NCBI GenBank assembly: GCA_964016885.1
Contig: OZ024747.1
Coordinates: forward strand, 76,756,001 to 76,820,000
Length of the DNA: 64,000 nucleotides
Source of the DNA: Eledone cirrhosa
Taxonomy: Eukaryota
Reading direction: 5' to 3'
Below the pieces are notes generated by a model. That model was given only the letters and a program-made list of their open reading frames with translations, did not search any database and had not been told where the DNA came from. This document shows, in pieces, positions 43,227 through 57,007 of this stretch. Each line of letters opens with the position of its first letter. The first letter of the stretch is position 1. The position numbers and the translations under genes are program-made.

Positions 43227-44350
43227 GCTCAAGTATGTAAGGGAGATATATAGAGAGATATAGAGAGATATATAGAGAGAAAAAAATTTAAAAATAGCCA
43301 GACATATTCGAGGCGTAGAAAACCCTATGTTTTAATGTATTAGTATTTATAAAACTTACACTATATTGTAAATATCAGTATTCCTGAATGAAACAAGTAT
43401 TCACAATGTGTGAAAATTCATTATCTTATGTTTAGTTTTAAAAAATTCATATGTTTATGTGACAGCTACAAACATCAATGTGAATCCAACTGATTCACTC
43501 TGCAAACTTTTAGTTACCGGAAAACATTCTCAGTGTGGTATAAAAATTTGAGCGTATTATTATTCTTGCGATTACTCTACAAGATTATCTATCAAGCAGA
43601 AATAGAGAGCAGATTTCAATATACTAATCGAAAATATATATTATATTATAAACAAAGATAACAATAATAATAATAATAATAATAAGTAAAAATATATAAA
43701 AATATAGAATAGAAAACTAAAAAAAATATATTACGAAAGAATATTACATAATAAAAATATTGCATATTAAAATACTACGTATTAAAAAATATTACGTATT
43801 AAAAATTTACATATAAAAATATTAAAAATAAAAAAATAAAATAAAAAAATAAAATAAAAAATAAAAATATTATAGAATACTACAATACTAAAAGAATAAA
43901 AATAAAAATTAAAATAAAAATAAAAATAAAAATAAAAATAAAAATGAAAATAAAAATAAAATAAAAATAAACCACAAAGAACAACCCTTCAAAGTTAATT
44001 GACAATATATTGCCAAGTTCATTACAAGACAAAGCCAAAAATTATCTATCAAATCACATCTAGCAAAGAATATCGCAAAAAAAAGATTATGATGTCCAAT
44101 AATGTCTACATAAGTTCCTATATTTAATATAGAAGTTTATCTAGTGTAAGGTTAATTCAAAAAAATTTGGAGCATCGGCTTTTAGGGTAGCTTAATTTTT
44201 CATGAGGAATGTTTAGATAAAAAATAATAAAAAATAAAAATAAATAAAATAAAATAAACAATAGAAAGAGTAAAAAGAGGGAATCAAAGATTTAGGAATC
44301 AAAAGATTTATCGGCTAGTTCTCATATAAATATAAATCAAACTAAATATA

Positions 44351-45280
44351 CTACATTTTAAATTTAAATTTATATTTAAACGTTGAGTTTAATCTATGTT
44401 TGCAACAACTGAATAAATTTGTCCGTAGGTTAAGGGAATTTTTAGATTTTAGTATAAAGAATATCTCCTCTGCGCAGAGGTCACATGTCTCAGAGGATGA
44501 ATTAAAAGGAATCCCTCTTGAGACTATATTCCAAGCCGTCGAATATCTAACGTTATCTAGCTTAAGTTGCCAGAGTACCCCTGATAGTGCCGTTGAAGAT
44601 TTTTTATTTGGATCTGTGAAAGAATTCTTGTGGTTATTATAGCGAAGTTTAAATTCCGTCGATGTGGAACCGACGTAGTTAAAAGAATTAGAGTCAGTAT
44701 TAACATTACAATTGTATACTATATTTTTAACTAAGCAGTTGTTATTTAACGGACATTTAGATCTATCTCTACAGTTACATTTGTTAACTTGTATATTATT
44801 TATCCTATTATCAGTAGGTTTTAAGTTCCTATTATTTATTCTATTAATATTTTGTGCTAAATTTTTGGTGGATGAGTAGGTTAATTTAATTGTATGCCTA
44901 TTGAAGATTGAGTGATACCTATGTGTTCTAGGGAAGCGATTATCAAGAGCTTTGAAAAATAATTTAGCGATGTGGGTTTTAATGTTTAGTGAGAAAGGGG
45001 GGCAAACCAAATTATGTTCCTAGTTCTATTTCTTTTTTGTCCTTTGGAATTATTGTAATGCTTTCTATTATAGTTGTTAATGTTGTTGCCGTAATTAAAA
45101 AAGTTGTTACTTTGTTTAGTTTGTCTATCATTATCTATGTACACAATCTTATCAGCATACCCTGCCCTAGCTAGTGCATCATTATAGTATTGGGCCTTTT
45201 CGTCAAAAATCTTTCTATTCGACGAAATCCTAGAGATACGTTTTTGGACTGAGTTTACTATAGTGTTTTTGACAGATCTG
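44351..45280 (-). pseudogene. 5'-truncated duplicate of the PLE ORF (RT thumb + GIY-YIG), with a 1-nt frameshift in the G run near 45000
   Basis: Translation matches the C-terminus of 40369-42582 with one substitution in the 219-aa track ORF; the G run is one base shorter than in copy 1. Confidence 0.9.
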
Positions 45281-45644
45281 AAGTTTGCAGAGTGAATCAG
45301 TTGGATTCACATTGATGTTTGTAGCTGTCACATAAACATATGAATTTTGACAGATCTAAAAGTTTGCAGAGTGAATCAGTTGGATTCACATTGATGTTTG
45401 TAGCTGTCACATAAACATATGAATTTTTTAAAACTAAACATAAGATAATGAATTTTCATACATTGTGAATACTTGTTTCATTCAGGAATACTGATATTTA
45501 CAATATAGTGTAAGTTTTATAAATACTAATACATTAAAACAGGGTTTTCTACGCCTCGAATATGTCTGGCTATTTTTAAATTTTTTTCTCTCTATATATC
45601 TCTCTATATCTCTCTATATATCTCCCTTACATTAATACTTGAGC

Positions 45645-45679
<35 letters not shown>

Positions 45680-46039
45680 ATGTATCATTGATACACTTAC
45701 TCAAAATGACCTCCCACTACCTAATTTTCTATATATATATATGTATCTATCTCTATTTCCTCTCTCTATATATATATATATCTCTTTCTGTCTCTTTACA
45801 TGAAGCTCTTCGCTTTATCTATTTTTCCATCTCTCTATTCTGTCCCATGCATTTCTTCTTTTTCTTTTTCTTCTTTTTCTTCCTCTTCTTCGTTTTGTCT
45901 TTCTTTCTTTCTTTTTTCCCTCTTTTCTTTCTCTCTTTCTTTCTCTCTGTATTTTCACTGCTAGAGTAAACCTCTTCAAATGAAGTTGATGTTTATTACG
46001 GTATGTCGAATATATTTATCTATAAAACTGTTTATATTG

Positions 46040-46105
46040 TATTTTGTCTGATGAAGGCATAACATATTGTTAATATGATATCCCCGAAATATATATAATG
46101 AAATA
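46040..46105 (+). ncRNA. Hammerhead ribozyme in inverted PLE arm
   Basis: tattttgtCTGATGAaggcat...atccccGAAAtatatataatgaaata. Confidence 0.8.
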
Positions 46106-46143
46106 AATATGGTTTTATAAATATAGTTTTCCATTTATTTAAT

Positions 46144-46202
<59 letters not shown>

Positions 46203-46214
46203 TAAATAGATATA

Positions 46215-46646
46215 TGTAGAAGTTGCATATAATTTGTTGGAAGTCCGACAAACATAAATGTTTATAACTGATTTGGAGCACTCAACAAGTTACTGGAGTA
46301 AATATTCAATGATATTAAATAAATGGAAACTATATTTATAAAACCATATTTATTTTATTATATATATTTCAAGGGCAACCAAGACACCATTGGTGCGCTT
46401 TCATCAGATAAAATACAAAGTTTGTTTTATAAATAGAGACGTACCCATGAAAATCATACCTTATCGGTTGACTATCCAGTGAATTTCCAACCGATAAGGT
46501 ATGATTTTCATGGGTACGTCTCTATTTATAAAACAAACTTTGTATTTTATCTGATGAAAGCGCACCAAGGGTGTCTTAGTTGCCCTTGAAATATATATAA
46601 TAAAATAAATATGGTTTTATAAATATAGTTTCCATTTATTTAATAT

Positions 46647-46651
<5 letters not shown>
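46215..46651. mobile_element. Fold-back PLE remnant (sister family): 164-bp inverted arms (46307-46470 / 46488-46651) plus ~92-nt one-sided extension
   Basis: Arms are reverse complements with 3 mismatches seen; 3' region similar to the large PLE pLTR; TA-rich flanks. Confidence 0.88.
46543..46607 (+). ncRNA. Hammerhead ribozyme (mirror copy 46351-46415, -)
   Basis: TATTTTAT-CTGATGA-aag..cacc/ggtg..ctt-GAAA-tatatata-ATAAAATA; perfect 8-bp helix I. Confidence 0.82.
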
Positions 46652-46736
<85 letters not shown>

Positions 46737-47375
46737 TTGTGTATGTGTTTTTGTACATGCGTAAGAGTTTGTTTGTTAGTATGTGAATGTGTATGCAAAT
46801 GTATGCGTAAACGTGCATGTGTGTGTATGTGTTTGTGTCTCTGTACATGTTTCCGTCTATTGGGGCCTCATTATTATACAATCCTCTACTCACACATTCT
46901 TAATTAGCTGATGACAAATTTTTACATATAGGAAAGAGTTCCGAATAATTTTTGGCAATAAAATTTACATTTTTTTTTTTTAGAAAATGAGATAAGGGGA
47001 ATAATTGAAATAAGCCAATGGCATGAATTTAGATTGAGTAAAGAGCTGGAGTATGGAATGGTGTACATATAAAGAATAATAATACATTTATTGAAATTTC
47101 TCTCTTAGCTGGAAGAAGAAGACATCAACCTAGCGGCAATTGTTGAAAGAGAATAATGAAATGTGTAATCACCACAGCATGGTTGTTGGTTGAACGACAG
47201 TTCAATATATACATATATATACATATGCGTGCGTGTTTGTGTGTGTGTGTGTGTGTGTGTGCGTGAATTAAAAGGGACAAGGTGGTGATGGTGTTGGTGG
47301 TGTTGTTGTTCTTGCTGGTGGTGGTATTGGTGGTGGTGATGGTGGTGGTGGTGGTGGTGGTGGTGGTGTTGGTGG

Positions 47376-47427
<52 letters not shown>

Positions 47428-48481
47428 GGTGATGTTGGTGGTGTTGTTGTTGTTGTTGGTGATGGTGGTGGTGGTGGTGTTGGTGGTGTTGTTGTTGTTG
47501 GTGGTGGTGGTGGTGGTGGTGGTGTTGGTGGTGGAGGGAGTAGGGGTTGCTTGAACGACGGTAATAATACTGAAGGTGGTGGTGGTGGAGGGAGTGGAGT
47601 TGGTGCTAGTGGTTGTGATGGAGATAGTGGTTGTTGGTTGAACGACGGTGGTGTTAGTGGTGGTGGTGGGGGGGGGGGGGGGGGGGTGTTGTTGTTGTTG
47701 TTGGTAGTGTTGGTGGTTGTGGTGGTGGTGGTGGTAGTGGTGGTGGTGGTGGTGGTGGAAGTTGTGATGGAGGTAGTGGGGTGAGTGCGGCTGGTGGAGG
47801 TAATTGTGGTAGTAATGATGGGGAAGGGTGGAGGTGATAGAATGGAGGGGCATGATGAAGGCGGGGTTTCTAAATATACTAATGCAGCTTAGTGACGGAG
47901 ATATTGTGGAGAAAGAGAAGCATAAGAATGGTGGTGGTGATGGTGGTGAGGGTGGTGGTGGTGGTGATTATGGTGGTGGTGGAGATGGAGGGGGGGGGGG
48001 GGGGGGGTCATAGTAATAATGATAATGAGTGGTGATGGTGGTGGCGTTAGTGGTGGTAGTGATAATGGTGATTGTGGTAGTGGTGGCGATGGTGGTGATT
48101 CTCGTAGTGGCGGTGGTGGTGATCGTAGAGAAGGTGGTGATGATGATGATGGTGATTGTGGTAGTAGTGATGATGATGATTGTAGTGGTAGTGGTAGTGG
48201 TAGTGGTATTGGTATTGCTGGCCCCAGTAATAGGAGTGATAGTACTTCTAATCAAACAGCACTGTAACACTAAATCATAAATGATACAACGGTATGCTGC
48301 CGATCCAACAATTAACAACACCCCCACCAAGTCCCCAGTTACCACATTATTACAGAAGATGTTAGGATTCTATCACTCATGCATGCATCACTGCTTACCT
48401 TTCACACATTTGATTTATTGGGTTTCCAACGATGTGAGTGACAATATATATATAGGAAAAATAACAAAAATAATAATAATA

Positions 48482-48670
48482 ATAATTGTTTCTACTTTTG
48501 GCACAAAGCCAGCAATTATCCCAGTGTATTACTGGTACTTTATTTTATCGACCCCGTAAGGATGAAAGGCAAAGTTAATCTTGGAGGGATTTGAACTCAG
48601 TCCGTAAAGGGACGTAACTCTATGCTAGAAAGCATGGCGTCCGACCCTCCACTGATACTGCCAATCCACC
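48482..48670 (-). mobile_element. SINE family A
   Basis: Similar to 6031-6223. Confidence 0.85.
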
Positions 48671-48750
48671 AATATATAATGTTAATAAGTTTTCGTTATA
48701 AACCTTATTGTTTGTCTTATTAGTGTCGTTACTGTTTATAATTATATTGT

Positions 48751-48929
48751 TTTGCAGCATAGAGCTACGGCCCGTTACGGTCTGAGTTTAAATAACGCCG
48801 ATGTTAACTTTGACTTTCATACTTACGTGGTCGATAAATAAAGAACCAGTAATGTACTGGGGTCGATTTAAACGATTTTCACTTCACCAAAAATTGCTGC
48901 CCTTTTGCCTAAAGTAGAAACAATTATTA
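48751..48929 (+). mobile_element. SINE family A variant with longer tail, 5'-truncated
   Basis: Core, extra ggggtcgatttaaacga segment, gtagaaacaatta end. Confidence 0.75.
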
Positions 48930-48959
48930 TCTTTATCATCGTAATCAGCATCACTACTG

Positions 48960-48994
<35 letters not shown>

Positions 48995-49125
48995 GCTACT
49001 ACTACTAGTACTGCTACTACTAGTACTGCTACTACTACTGCTACTACTACTACTACTACTGCTACTACTGTTACTACTACTACAACTACTACTGCTACTA
49101 TTACTACTACTACTACTGCTACTGT

Positions 49126-49192
<67 letters not shown>

Positions 49193-50632
49193 GTTGCTGT
49201 TGTTATCAATTCTCTCTCCTTTCTCCCAATTGTCTATTCTGATCATTTCTCTGTTTTAGTTTCTTCCCCTCCGCCTTCCCCTTCAGTCTCAACACTTCCA
49301 CTTCACCACCACCATGACTGCTACCACCACAACTACAACACCCACTACAAACACTACCTCAACAACTTCTAGGACCACAACCACTACAACCAACTCAACC
49401 ACTTCCAACAACCAACATCACAACCAACACAACACTACCACCACAATACTACCACCACCACAACACTACCACCACAACCACTACGACGACTACCATAAAC
49501 ACAACCACTACTACCAACACCAGCACCATTACCACCACTACCACCAGTAAGACCACCACCACAACACTACCGCCACCACCACCAACAACAGAACCACAAC
49601 CACTAGTATCACCACAACCTCACACAACACCACCAGTACAACCACCACCTACAATACCGCCAACACCAACAAGACCACTACCACCACCACTATCACAACC
49701 ACTATAACCACCACAACCACTACCACCACCACAACACCACATCCACCACCACTACCACCACCACTACAACCACCACAACCACTACCACCACCACTATCAC
49801 AACCACTATAACCACCACAACCACTACCACCACCACAACACCACATCCACCACCACTACAACCACCACAACCACTACCACCACCACACCACCACATGCAA
49901 CACCACTACCACAACCACTACAACCACCACAACCACTACCACCACCACTACCACCACTACTACCACCTCTATCCCTACTACCACTACAACCACTACTACC
50001 ACCACTACCACCCCACCACCACAACCACCACCACCACTACTACCACCTCTACTACTACCGCTACTACCACCACCACTACCGCCACCACTACTACCACCAC
50101 TACCACTACTACCACCACCACCACTACCACTACCACCACCACTACCTCTACTACCACCACTACCACCACTACCACCACCCCACCACCACAACCACCACCA
50201 CCACTACCTCTACTACCACCTCTACCACTACCTCTACTACCACCACCACCACTACAACCACCACCACCACCACTACCACCACCACTACCACCACTACTAC
50301 CACCTCTACCCCTACCACCACTACAACCAATTTACTATTCCGTTCACTTCTCTAAATTATATTTTTCTATCTTATATGTTATGTTTATTTCTTAGTATGT
50401 TTCTGCTGTCATGTCGGCAGTTTTACTTTTTATCTCACACAATCTTCCCACTTTTACTTCCCTTCTATTTTCTCTTATTTTTATGTTATGTATGTGTATT
50501 ACACATATACACACATATATATACATATATATACACACACCCACATATATATATATATATAAATATATATACATATATATATATATATACACATTTATAC
50601 ATATATATACATATATATATAAATATATATAC

Positions 50633-50703
<71 letters not shown>

Positions 50704-50807
50704 CACATACATATATAGATACACACACAAATATATATATAAATATATATACATATATATATACACATATATATACACATATATACACATACATATATAG
50801 ATACACG

Positions 50808-50883
<76 letters not shown>

Positions 50884-51543
50884 TATATAGAGAGAGAGGG
50901 GGGCAGATGTGATGTGGTGTGTGTGGCTTTCATTTCACTTTTTTTTTTATTTGTCTTTGGTCCTTCTCCCAGATATCAGTTATACAATTGGCAATAAAAC
51001 TTCGTGACACGTATTTAAAATTCCGACAAAGTTACGTTGGAAGGTTTCTGACGAAAATTTCCGCAATGAATCCGGCATACTAATGTGCTGCTTTAGCGAA
51101 AGAATATCTATTTAAAGTCAGACACAAAGCTTCTTTTTTTTTGTCAAGAGATAGATGAAACTTAACAGCAGCCAACACTGAAATAAATTGAGAACAGAGT
51201 TAATTATAAGGGTGGGGGACAAACGTATCCCCTTCCTGATTTGCTAATCGCTTATGTGGAAAATTGAATAATAATGATTTCTTAGACAGTCTCAATGCTT
51301 TAGATTTATAGAAAAATGCAATTTGAGAATGTTTGAATGCCATGGATGTCTGAAAGGGGTATTAGCGATATCTAATGAACGGCCTCATACAAAGTCGTGA
51401 ATGTGTTGCTTGGAAAAAGACGGATTTACTAATAATGCGTGATCTGTTTTTTTTCCATAAAATTGTATATACAGGGTGTCCCAAACAAATGTATACACAC
51501 TTCAACAGCATTCTAATAAACATTGCCTGTACAGGTAATCAAA

Positions 51544-51643
<100 letters not shown>

Positions 51644-51933
51644 TGGCGGACTGGCCAGGCTGCTAGGTTGCCCAATGGCAAAGTCATATTTAGGGTCGAA
51701 TTGTCAATCTTTTGGCTCTTTGGTAATATCACAGAGAGAAAGATATATATATAGAGAGAGAAAGAGAGGGGGAGATAGAGGAGGGGGGAGGTGCAACAGA
51801 AATGAAACCTCACAATTTTAGGGGTCTACCTATGTGCCGGATCGACTTGTACGGCGGTATATACGGTATATATATATATATATATATATATATGATATAT
51901 ATATATTGTTATGCTTTGGGAGGGTCATGTTGC

Positions 51934-51974
<41 letters not shown>

Positions 51975-52045
51975 ACGTGCTTGCCGGCTGTATGAAAAGA
52001 GTACTCAATACAAAAGTAGGGTTTTCATATTCATTTTATTATATA

Positions 52046-52100
<55 letters not shown>

Positions 52101-52802
52101 TCCATTTCTATTTTTAACCTAAATACTGTTGGTGTCACTCGTGCTGTGAAAGTTACCACTGATTTCATATTTAATGTTCAACTTATGGATCTTATCAAGT
52201 GTCCAGTCTAATAGCCTAAACGTTACCACTAACACTGCTAAAACATTATGGTCGTTAGTCTTATCCAATATGGACACTTCTAGCCTCGTTTTCGAATCTT
52301 GCTGGGGTATTATTTCTTGGTCACTTCAGCTTTACTCACATTTTGATAAATATTGACCTTGGGGTTGAACTACAATAACAACACAAACACTATTTACTAA
52401 GTAGCATACTACAATGATATCACTCTCACAAACTAACTCACACGTACACTTATACACTAACATACACACATACACACAGGTGCACTTACACACGCGCACA
52501 CATACACACATAAAGGTGCACATTTACACACATACACACGCTCATGCACTGTAACACACACACACACGCACGCACACTAACACACATTTGCACATATACA
52601 CAGGTTGTCTCAAACACACACACATGCACACACGCACTCACTCACACACATACCCAAACTCACACGTACACATGCTCACAGACACACATATACATACAAG
52701 CACGCTCACATATGTAACAGAACACTATAACACACACATATGTACACTAACACCCCCCCCCCCACACACACACACACACTCTCCTACTCTCTCTCTCACA
52801 CA

Positions 52803-52860
<58 letters not shown>

Positions 52861-53160
52861 CACGCAGTCACGCAGGAAGCCAATGGCCATTATATTCTTA
52901 TCTGCTCTAGTTTCTTTCTTCTATGACACTAACTAATCCAAGATTATTGATTCACCTTGTAACATCGGCAAAAGGTGCTGCGATGTCTTTCATCTGTCAG
53001 AAAGTATATTTAGTAAGACTGATGTTTGGCCAGATGTCAATAGGTCAAAGATTAAGTAAAGAACTATCAGTAAATCTATATTTAATTAAACAAGTCTTCA
53101 GGTTTTGTGCTAAATCCAACGTATGTATATGTTTATATGTTTAAATGGGCGGACACTACA

Positions 53161-56100
53161 GCGGCGAATTAGTTGGTGACGAATTGGTGGTGAATTGGTG
53201 GTGAATTGGTGGTGAATTGGTGGTGAATTGGTGGTGAATTGGTGGCGAATTGGTGGTGAATTGGTGGCGAATTGGTAGTGAATTGGTGGCGAATTGATGG
53301 CGAATTGGTGGTGAATTGGTGGTGAATTTGTGGTGAATTGGTGGTGAGTTGGTGGTGAATTGGTGGTGAATTGGTGGCGAATTGATGGTGAATTGGTGTC
53401 GAATTGGTGGTGAGTTGGTGGTGAATTGGTGGTGAATTGGTGGTGAATTGGTGGCGAATTGGTGGTGAATTGGTGGTGAATTGGTGGCGAATTGATGGTG
53501 AATTGGTGGTGAGTTGGTGGTGAATTGGTGGTGAATTGGTGGTGAATTGGTGGTGAATTGGTGGCGAATTGGTGGTGAGTTGGTGGTGAATTGGTGGCGA
53601 ATTGATGGTGAATTGGTGGCGAATTGGTGGTGAGTTGGTGGTGAATTGGTGGTGAGTTGGTGGTGAATTGGTGGTGAATTGGTGGTGAATTGGTGGCGAA
53701 TTGGTGGTGAATTGGTGGTGAGTTGGTGGTGAATTGGTGGTGAATTGGTGGTGAATTGGTGGCGAATTGGTGGTGAATTGATGGTGAATTGGTGGTGAAT
53801 TGGTGGTGAATTGGTGGTGAGTTGGTGGTGAATTGGTGGTGAATTGGTGGTGAATTGGTGGTGAATTGGTGGTGAATTGGTGGTGAGTTGGTGGCGAATT
53901 GATGGTAAATTGGTGGTGAGTTGGTGGTGAATTGGTGGTGAATTGGTGGCGAATTGATGGTGAATTGGTGGTGAATTGGTGGTGAATTGGTGGTGAATTG
54001 GTGGTGAGTTGGTGGTGAATTGGTGGTGAATTGGTGGCGAATTGATGGTGAATTGGTGGTGAATTGGTGGTGAATTGGTGGCGAATTGGTGGTGATTTGG
54101 TGGTGAATTGGTGGCGAATTGATGGTGAATTGGTGGTGAATTGGTGGTGAATTGGTGGTGAATTGGTGGCGAATTGGTGGTGAATTGGTGGTGAATTGGT
54201 GGTGAATTGGTGGCGAATTGGTGGTGAATTGGTGGTGAATTGGTGGCGAATTGGTGGTGAATTGATGGTGAATTGGTGGTGAATTGGTGGTGAATTGGTG
54301 GCGAATTGGTGGTGAATTGGTGGTGAATTGGTGGCGAATTGGTGGTGAATTGATGGTGAATTGGTGGTGAATTGGTGGTGAATTGGTGGTGAATTGGTGG
54401 TGAATTGGTGGCGAATTGGTGGTGAGTTGGTGGTGAATTGGTGGCGAATTGATGGTGAATTGGTGGCGAATTGGTGGTGAGTTGGTGGTGAATTGCTGGT
54501 GAGTTGGTGGTGAATTGGTGGTGAATTGGTGGCGAATTGATGGTGAATTGGTGGTGAATTGGTGGTGAATTGGTGGTGAATTGGTGGTGAATTGGTGGCG
54601 AATTGATGGTGAATTGGTGGTGAATTGGTGGTGAATTGGTGGTGAATTGGTGGTGAATTGATGGTGAATTGGTGGTGAATTGGTGGTGAATTGGTGGTGA
54701 ATTGGTGGTGAATTGGTGGCGAATTGATGGTGAATTGGTGGTGAATTGGTGGTGAATTGGTGGCGAATTGGTGGTGAATTGGTGGTGAATTGGTGGCGAA
54801 TTGGTGGTGAATTGGTGGTGAGTTGGTGGTGAATTGGTGGTGAAGTGGTGGTGAATTGGTGGCGAATTGGTGGTGAATTGATGGTGAATTGGTGGTGAAT
54901 TGGTGGTGAATTGGTGGCGAATTGGTGGTGAATTGGTGGTGAATTGGTGGTGAATTGGTGGTGAATTGGTGGTGAGTTGGTGGCGAATTGATGGTGAATT
55001 GGTGGTGAGTTGGTGGTGAATTGGTGGTGAATTGGTGGCGAATTGATGGTGAATTGGTGGTGAATTGGTGGTGAATTGGTGGTGAATTGGTGGTGAGTTG
55101 GTGGTGAATTGGTGGTGAATTGGTGGCGAATTGATGGTGAATTGGTGGTGAATTGGTGGTGAATTGGTGGCGAATTGGTGGTGAATTGGTGGTGAATTGG
55201 TGGCGAATTGATGGTGAATTGGTGGTGAATTGGTGGTGAATTGGTGGTGAATTGGTGGCGAATTGGTGGTGAATTGGTGGTGAATTGGTGGTGAATTGGT
55301 GGCGAATTGGTGGTGAATTGGTGGTGAATTGGTGGCGAATTGGTGGTGAATTGATGGTGAATTGGTGGTGAATTGGTGGTGAATTGGTGACGAATTGGTG
55401 GTGAATTGGTGGTGAATTGGTGGCGAATTGGTGGTGAATTGATGGTGAATTGGTGGTGAATTGGTGGTGAATTGGTGGCGAATTGGTGGTGAATTGGTGG
55501 TGAATTGGTGGCGAATTGGTGGTGAATTGATGGTGAATTGGTGGTGAATTGGTGGTGAATTGGTGGCGAATTGGTGGTGAATTGGTGGTGAATTGGTGGC
55601 AAATTGATGGTGAATTGGTGGTGAATTGGTGGTGAATTGGTGGTGAATTGGTGGTGAATTGGTGGTGAATTGGTGGTGAATTGGTGGCGAATTGGTGGTG
55701 AATTGATGGTGAATTGGTGGTGAATTGGTGGTGAATTGGTGGTGAATTGGTGGTGAATTGGTGGCGAATTGGTGGTGAATTGGTGGTGAATTGATGGTGA
55801 ATTGGTGGTGAATTGGTGGTGAATTGGTGGCAAATTGGTGGTGAATTGGTGGTGAATTGGTGGTGAATTGGTGGCGAATTGGTGGTGAATTGGTGGCGAA
55901 TTGATGGTGAATTGGTGGTGAATTGGTGGTGAATTGGTGGTGAATTGGTGGTGAATTGGTGGTGAATTGGTGGTGAGTTGGTGGTGAATTGGTGGTGAAT
56001 CGGTGGCGAATTGATGGTGAATTGGTGGTGAATTGGTGGTGAATTGGTGGCGAATTGGTGATGAATTGGTGGTGAATTGGTGGTGAGTTGGTGGTGAATT

Positions 56101-56520
56101 GGTGGTGAATCGGTGGCGAATTGATGGTGAATTGGTGGTGAATTGGTGGCGAATTGGTGGTGAATTGGTGGTGAATTGGTGGTGAATTGGTTGCGAATTG
56201 GTGGTGAATTGGTGGCGAATTGATGGTGAATTGGTGGTGAATTGGTGGTGAATTGGTGGTGAATTGGTGGTGAATTGGTGGTGAATTGGTGGCGAATTGG
56301 TGGTGAATTGGTGGCGAATTGATGGTGAATTGGTGGTGAATTGGTGGTGAGTTGGTGGTGAATTGGTGGTGAATTGGTGGCGAATTGATGGTGAATTGGT
56401 GGTGAATTGGTGGTGAGTTGGTGGTGAATTGGTGGTGAATTGGTGGTGAATTGGTGGTGAGTTGGTGGTGAATTGGTGGTGAATCGGTGGCGAATTGGTG
56501 GTGAATTGGTAACGAATTGG
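53161..56520. repeat. 11-bp satellite (ggtggtgaatt), ~305 copies
   Basis: Direct reading; 3360 bp / 11. Confidence 0.98.
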
Positions 56521-56666
56521 TAGGATTGAGAAGAACGTCGAATATGATGCTATTTGGTATTCGTTCCGGCTCTATGCTCTCTGAGTTCGAATCCCGCCGA
56601 GGTCAACTTTGCCTTTCATCCTTTCAAGTTTGATAAAAAAAAATGTACCAGTCTAGTTCTGGGGTC
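56508..56666 (+). mobile_element. SINE family A (divergent subfamily) fused to the 11-bp satellite
   Basis: gagttcgaatcccgccgaggtcaactttgcctttcatcc. Confidence 0.8.
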
Positions 56667-57007
56667 CATTCTTCCTCTATATCTCTTTCTCACTTCATTT
56701 CTTCCGCCTTCTATCCTTTTCTTGTAGAAGGTTGTTGTATTCAGACGTGGCTCCTGCAGGCCATATGTCAATGTGGCACCCCTATGACTCCACCGGGAGT
56801 TACAATCATAGTTGAATAGTTAATATGTTCACTCACGCCATAAAACTAAGGTCCCTGGTTTGATTACACTGCCTGATATCTTGTGCAAGTGACGTGGATT
56901 GACCCAAGTTTTGTTTGTGGAAATTGCGTAGACTGAGACAATAGGTGTGGGACATTTCAGTTAATAGGTCACCTGTGTGTTTTAATGGCATTATTTGGTA
57001 GTACCTG

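Larger units (their letters stand above)
38641..46149 (-). mobile_element. Complete PLE insertion: full copy (38641-42629) + 5'-truncated tandem copy (42630-45280) + inverted 3' segment (45281-46149), in (TA)n
   Basis: tgtaaagttatattt recurs at 38641 and 42630 (period 3989); copy 2 is near-identical up to gacagatctg (45280); 45358-46149 is the reverse complement of ~38729-39530; (TA)n on both sides. Confidence 0.93.
47281..50330. repeat. Compound trinucleotide microsatellite region (GGT/GTT/TAC/CAC), interrupted by SINEs
   Basis: Direct reading. Confidence 0.9.

Noticed and set aside
53110-55833. 907-aa ORF (PPIHHQFTTNS)n
   Set aside because: Translation of the stop-free 11-bp satellite; no unique domain.
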